Source: the human T2T-CHM13v2.0 reference genome, Homo sapiens. Taken from it: a stretch of DNA of 64,000 nucleotides. The notes under the pieces are model-generated. The model saw only the letters and a program-made list of their open reading frames with translations, searched no databases and was not told the DNA's origin. Position numbers and translations under genes: made by a program. The DNA lies in the NCBI RefSeq assembly GCF_009914755.1, contig NC_060929.1; one strand, 5' to 3'. Positions 59,821 to 64,000 of this stretch are shown one piece after another; positions within the stretch are counted from its first letter, which is position 1, and every line of letters begins with the position of its first letter.

Positions 59821-62635
59821 AGAGAGGGAGCCAAGTTGGCCAACTAGATGCAGCCAGGAAGAACTTCTTCCATCGAGAGAGAACAAACCATCAAGTAGGC
59901 CGGCACACTTTGAACAGATCTTTAAAAAGAAGGCATTGAGAGTGGACAGAGGACGAATGCAGATCCCAGGCTTAAAGAGGAGGAAGCTGGGAACTCTGAA
60001 TGAGGCTGATAAGCGCCAGGACACATTCCAGGCCACGAGCAGCTCCTGGGGAAGAGATAAGTGAAATAGGCGTGGAATGGTTCACTCTCACCATGGACCT
60101 CCAGAATCCTAGCTGCAGGAGACCCCACCACTCCAAAGGAGATTTGAGTTGGCAGGGGGATCTTCCTCCAGAGTTGACAGAAACAAAACTCCAGCCTGCA
60201 TGAAGCCCAGAAAGTTTGGTGTGGGAATAGATGCAGTGGAGCACAGTCATGATTTCTGGTCCCCCAGTGCTCACCATGCTGCTCTAGGTGGCTTGGCCTT
60301 TGTTGTCCGCTGAACCTGGATAGAGCAGGGTTATCCTGCCTGTGACACAGGTCCAGTCTGATCTGAGCACCCCCGATCTGCCAGTCTATCCCAGGGTCCC
60401 TGCCTGGCCACACCCACTGGCAGTGTAGCTTCAGCTACCAAGGTGAGGCACTTGCCAGCAGGCACCACCATAGCTTTCTTGTCAGCAGACCCCACCTAAC
60501 AGTTGGAGCACTTCTGCAGGCAAGCCCCAGTCAGCGAGCACATACTCAAAGCCCTAACCCATTGGTATGTGCTTGCCCACAGCCTCCCCTCACTGCTTCA
60601 GCCACATGTGCACACAGGACCTACTAGTGCCCACTGCTAGCAGCATGCATACATGGGGACCCCTACCACCCAGTGCCCTGCCGCTAAAGTGTTTTTGCCA
60701 ACACCCATCATCAGAGTGTCATTGCCAGTTGACTGAGAACACCTTGGCCACTCCAGCATAGCAGGTACTTAACCTTAAGGGGCCAGAGAAAAAAGCTGTG
60801 GATGGGCCTCATCTCAGCATGAAGCCCAGGATTCCTGAGCTGAGCCTTGGTCCCCTGAAATTATCCAGAAACAAAGTAAACTGACTGAACCCATCTTATA
60901 CCACTGTCAAACCCTAAGGAGCATCAAATTGTATAAAAGCAAAAATCCCCATGCAAAAGACAGCAACTTCAAACATTAAATGAGCATCAGCCCGCACAGA
61001 GAAGAAGAAACCAGTGTAATAACTCTGGCAACCCTAAAAGCCAAAGTGTCTTCTTACCTCCAAACAATTGCACTAGCTCCCCAGCAGTGGTTCTTAAGCA
61101 GACTGAAATGGCTGAAAAGACAGATGTAGAATTCAGAATCTAGATGGCAACAAAGATCATCAAGATTCAGGTATTGAAACCCAATCTAAGGAATCTAGAG
61201 AATTAAATAAAATGATGAAAGAGATGAAAAACAAAATAGGCTGTTTAAGAAAGAACCAAACAAGAATTTTATAATATAATTGGAAGTATTAACAGCAAAA
61301 TAGACCAAACTGCAGAAAAAAATATCAGAGCTTGAAGACTGGTTCTTAGAATCAACTCAGACAAAAATAAAGAAAAAATTTTAAAAATGAAAAAATCCTC
61401 AGAGTAAATGGGGATTATATAAAGAAACCAAACCTATGATTCACTGGTATTCCGGAAAGACAGGGAGAGAGAGCAAGCACCTCAAAAAACCTATTTGAAG
61501 ACGATGTCCACAAATGTTACCTCAACCTCTTTAGAAAGGTGAACATGCAAATTCAGGAAATTCAGTACCTCGGTGAGATATTACATCAGATGAACATCCC
61601 CCAGTCATACAGCCATCAGATTCTCGGAGGTCAACACAAAATTTAAAAAATATATATTTAAGGCAGCTAGAGAGAAGGGACAACTTATAGAGAAAGAAAA
61701 TCTCAACAGCCTAACAAGAGACCTTTCCACAGAAACCTTAAAAGCCAGAAGAGACTGGGGGCCTGTATTTGACATACTTAAAGAAAAGAAATTTCAACCG
61801 AGAATTCCATATCCAGCCAAACTAAGCTTCATAAGCAAAGGAGAAATGAAATGATTTTCAGACAAGCAAACGCTAAGGGAATTCATTACTAGCAGACCTA
61901 TATTATAAGAAGTCCTTAAGGGGCTTATAAATATGAAAACAAATGACCATTATTTGCCACTATCAAAACACACTTAAGTATATAGCCCACTGACATCATA
62001 AAGCAACTATATAATCAAATCTACATAAAAACTAGCTAACAACATGATGACAGTATCAAATCCTCATATATCAATTTTAATCTTGAATGTTAATGGAATA
62101 AATACCCAACTTAAAAGGCACAGCTGGCAAATTGTATAAAGAACGAAGACTCAACTGTATGCATTCTTCAGAGACCCATCTTACATGCAATGATATCCAC
62201 AGGCTCAAAGTAAAGGGATAGAGAAAGACCTATCCAGCAAATAGAAAACAAAAGAGAGCACAGGCTGTTATTCTTATTTCAGTCAAAACAAACTTTAAAC
62301 CAACAATGATAAAAAAAAATACAAAGAAGGGCACTGCATAATGATAAAGATTTCAATTCAACAAGAACACTTAAGTATTCTAAATATACATGCACTCAAG
62401 ACTGGAGCATCCAGATTGATTAAACAAGTTCTTAGAGATGTACAAAGAGATTTAGATTACCACACAATAATAGTGAGAGACTTCCACACTCTGTTGACAG
62501 TGTTAGATAGTTCAACAAGGCAGAAAACTAACAAAGATATTTGGGACCTAAAGTTGACACATGACCAGATGAACTTAGCAGACATCTACAGAATAGTCCA
62601 CTGAACAAGAACAGAATATACATTCTTCTCATCTG

Positions 62636-63102
62636 TGTGAGAAAATATTTTAAATGGTCCATTTTCAAGGCATAATAAATTTAAGGACTGGCAGCTATCC
62701 TGCAAATGTAACAAACTGCACAGCTCATGCACCTAGAAAGTCACAATAAGCGAACAGAATGCAGAGGAGGGGTCAGCCCATAAAAGGGGAAAAAGTTTCA
62801 TAATTGGGAAATTGAAATTTAAGTGGGGAAGGGGATGCGGCATAACCTTATAAGGGGGGTAATAAAATATAAACGCCTTAGTATTTGCTTGTCTGGGAAG
62901 ATTGTAACCCCATACTACTTGACAATGAGGAATTGGGGGAGGGACTCGAGTGCTAGAAGATAAAGTGCCTGTTGTGACTGCCCCAGATGTGCTCACCGGA
63001 CATTCAATCTTGCAAGACCGTTATTAAAAAGTCTCACTTTCACTGTTCTTCTTGCTTCTAAGTCCATTCTTTGTGTTTGGATGGATAAGTGTGTTTCTCA
63101 CA
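62636..63102 (+). mobile_element. ERV solo LTR (LTR15-like) inserted in L1 ORF2
   Basis: TGTGAGAAA...TTTCTCACA inverted termini; 5-bp TSD atctg at 62631 and 63103; attaaa polyA-like signal. Confidence 0.8.
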
Positions 63103-63501
63103 ATCTGCATATGGTACATACTCTAAGATCGAACACATGCTCAGCCATAAAGCAATTCTCAGCAAATTCAAAAAACCTAAAATCACACCAACCACACTCT
63201 GGGACCACAGCACAATAAAAATAGAAATCAATACAAAGAAGATCTTTTGAAATCATACAATTATGTGGAAATTAAACAATGTACTCCTGAATGACTTTTG
63301 GGTAAAAAATAAAATTAAGACAGAAGTCAATAAATTATTTGAAACAAAGATGCAACATAACAGAATCTCTGGGACACAACTAAAGCAGCGGTAAGAGAAA
63401 AGTTTATAACTCTAAACACCTACATCAAAAAGTTAGAAAGATCTCAAATTAACAAACTAACATTATACCTAGAGTAATTAAAAACACAAGAGAAAAAAAC
63501 A

Positions 63502-63853
<352 letters not shown>

Positions 63854-64000
63854 TCAGAGCAGAACTGAATGAAATGGAGACGTGAAAATCCATACAAAAG
63901 ATCAACAAAACCAAATTTTGTTTTTTGAAAGAATAAATAAGATTGATAGACTGCTAGCTAGAGCAATAAAGAAAAAAGAAGATCCAAATAAACACAATCA

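Noticed and set aside
59922-60413. 163-aa antisense ORF
   Set aside because: Lies in the GC-rich 5' UTR of an old L1, where open frames occur by composition; no recognisable domain.

Overview
AT-rich, repeat-dense primate genomic DNA, probably intergenic or deep intronic. AluY and L1PA3/L1PA2-type sequence point to human or another great ape. I recognise no host protein-coding exon, RNA gene or CRISPR array. All long ORFs are broken retroelement frames: L1 ORF1/ORF2 and a THE1-int ORF. Main contents: THE1C LTR+int, a 5.4-kb 5'-truncated L1PA5-type element, an old L1M carrying a twin-primed L1PA3, a two-LTR MER4-group ERV1 provirus with a tRNA-Glu PBS, a truncated LTR12 solo LTR, an L1PA15/16-type 5' half with a solo LTR and AluY, and many Alu, L2, MIR, MLT and DNA-transposon relics. 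I see no support for a new biological system. The strongest sequence-level signals are: (1) gene conversion between two neighbouring L1s of different ages, with a 219-bp perfect inverted tract carrying shared non-consensus bases; (2) three short, locally templated insertions; (3) an LTR12 promoter followed by a consensus splice donor. Subfamily names come from recalled consensus sequences, not from a search. Boundaries of old repeats are approximate.
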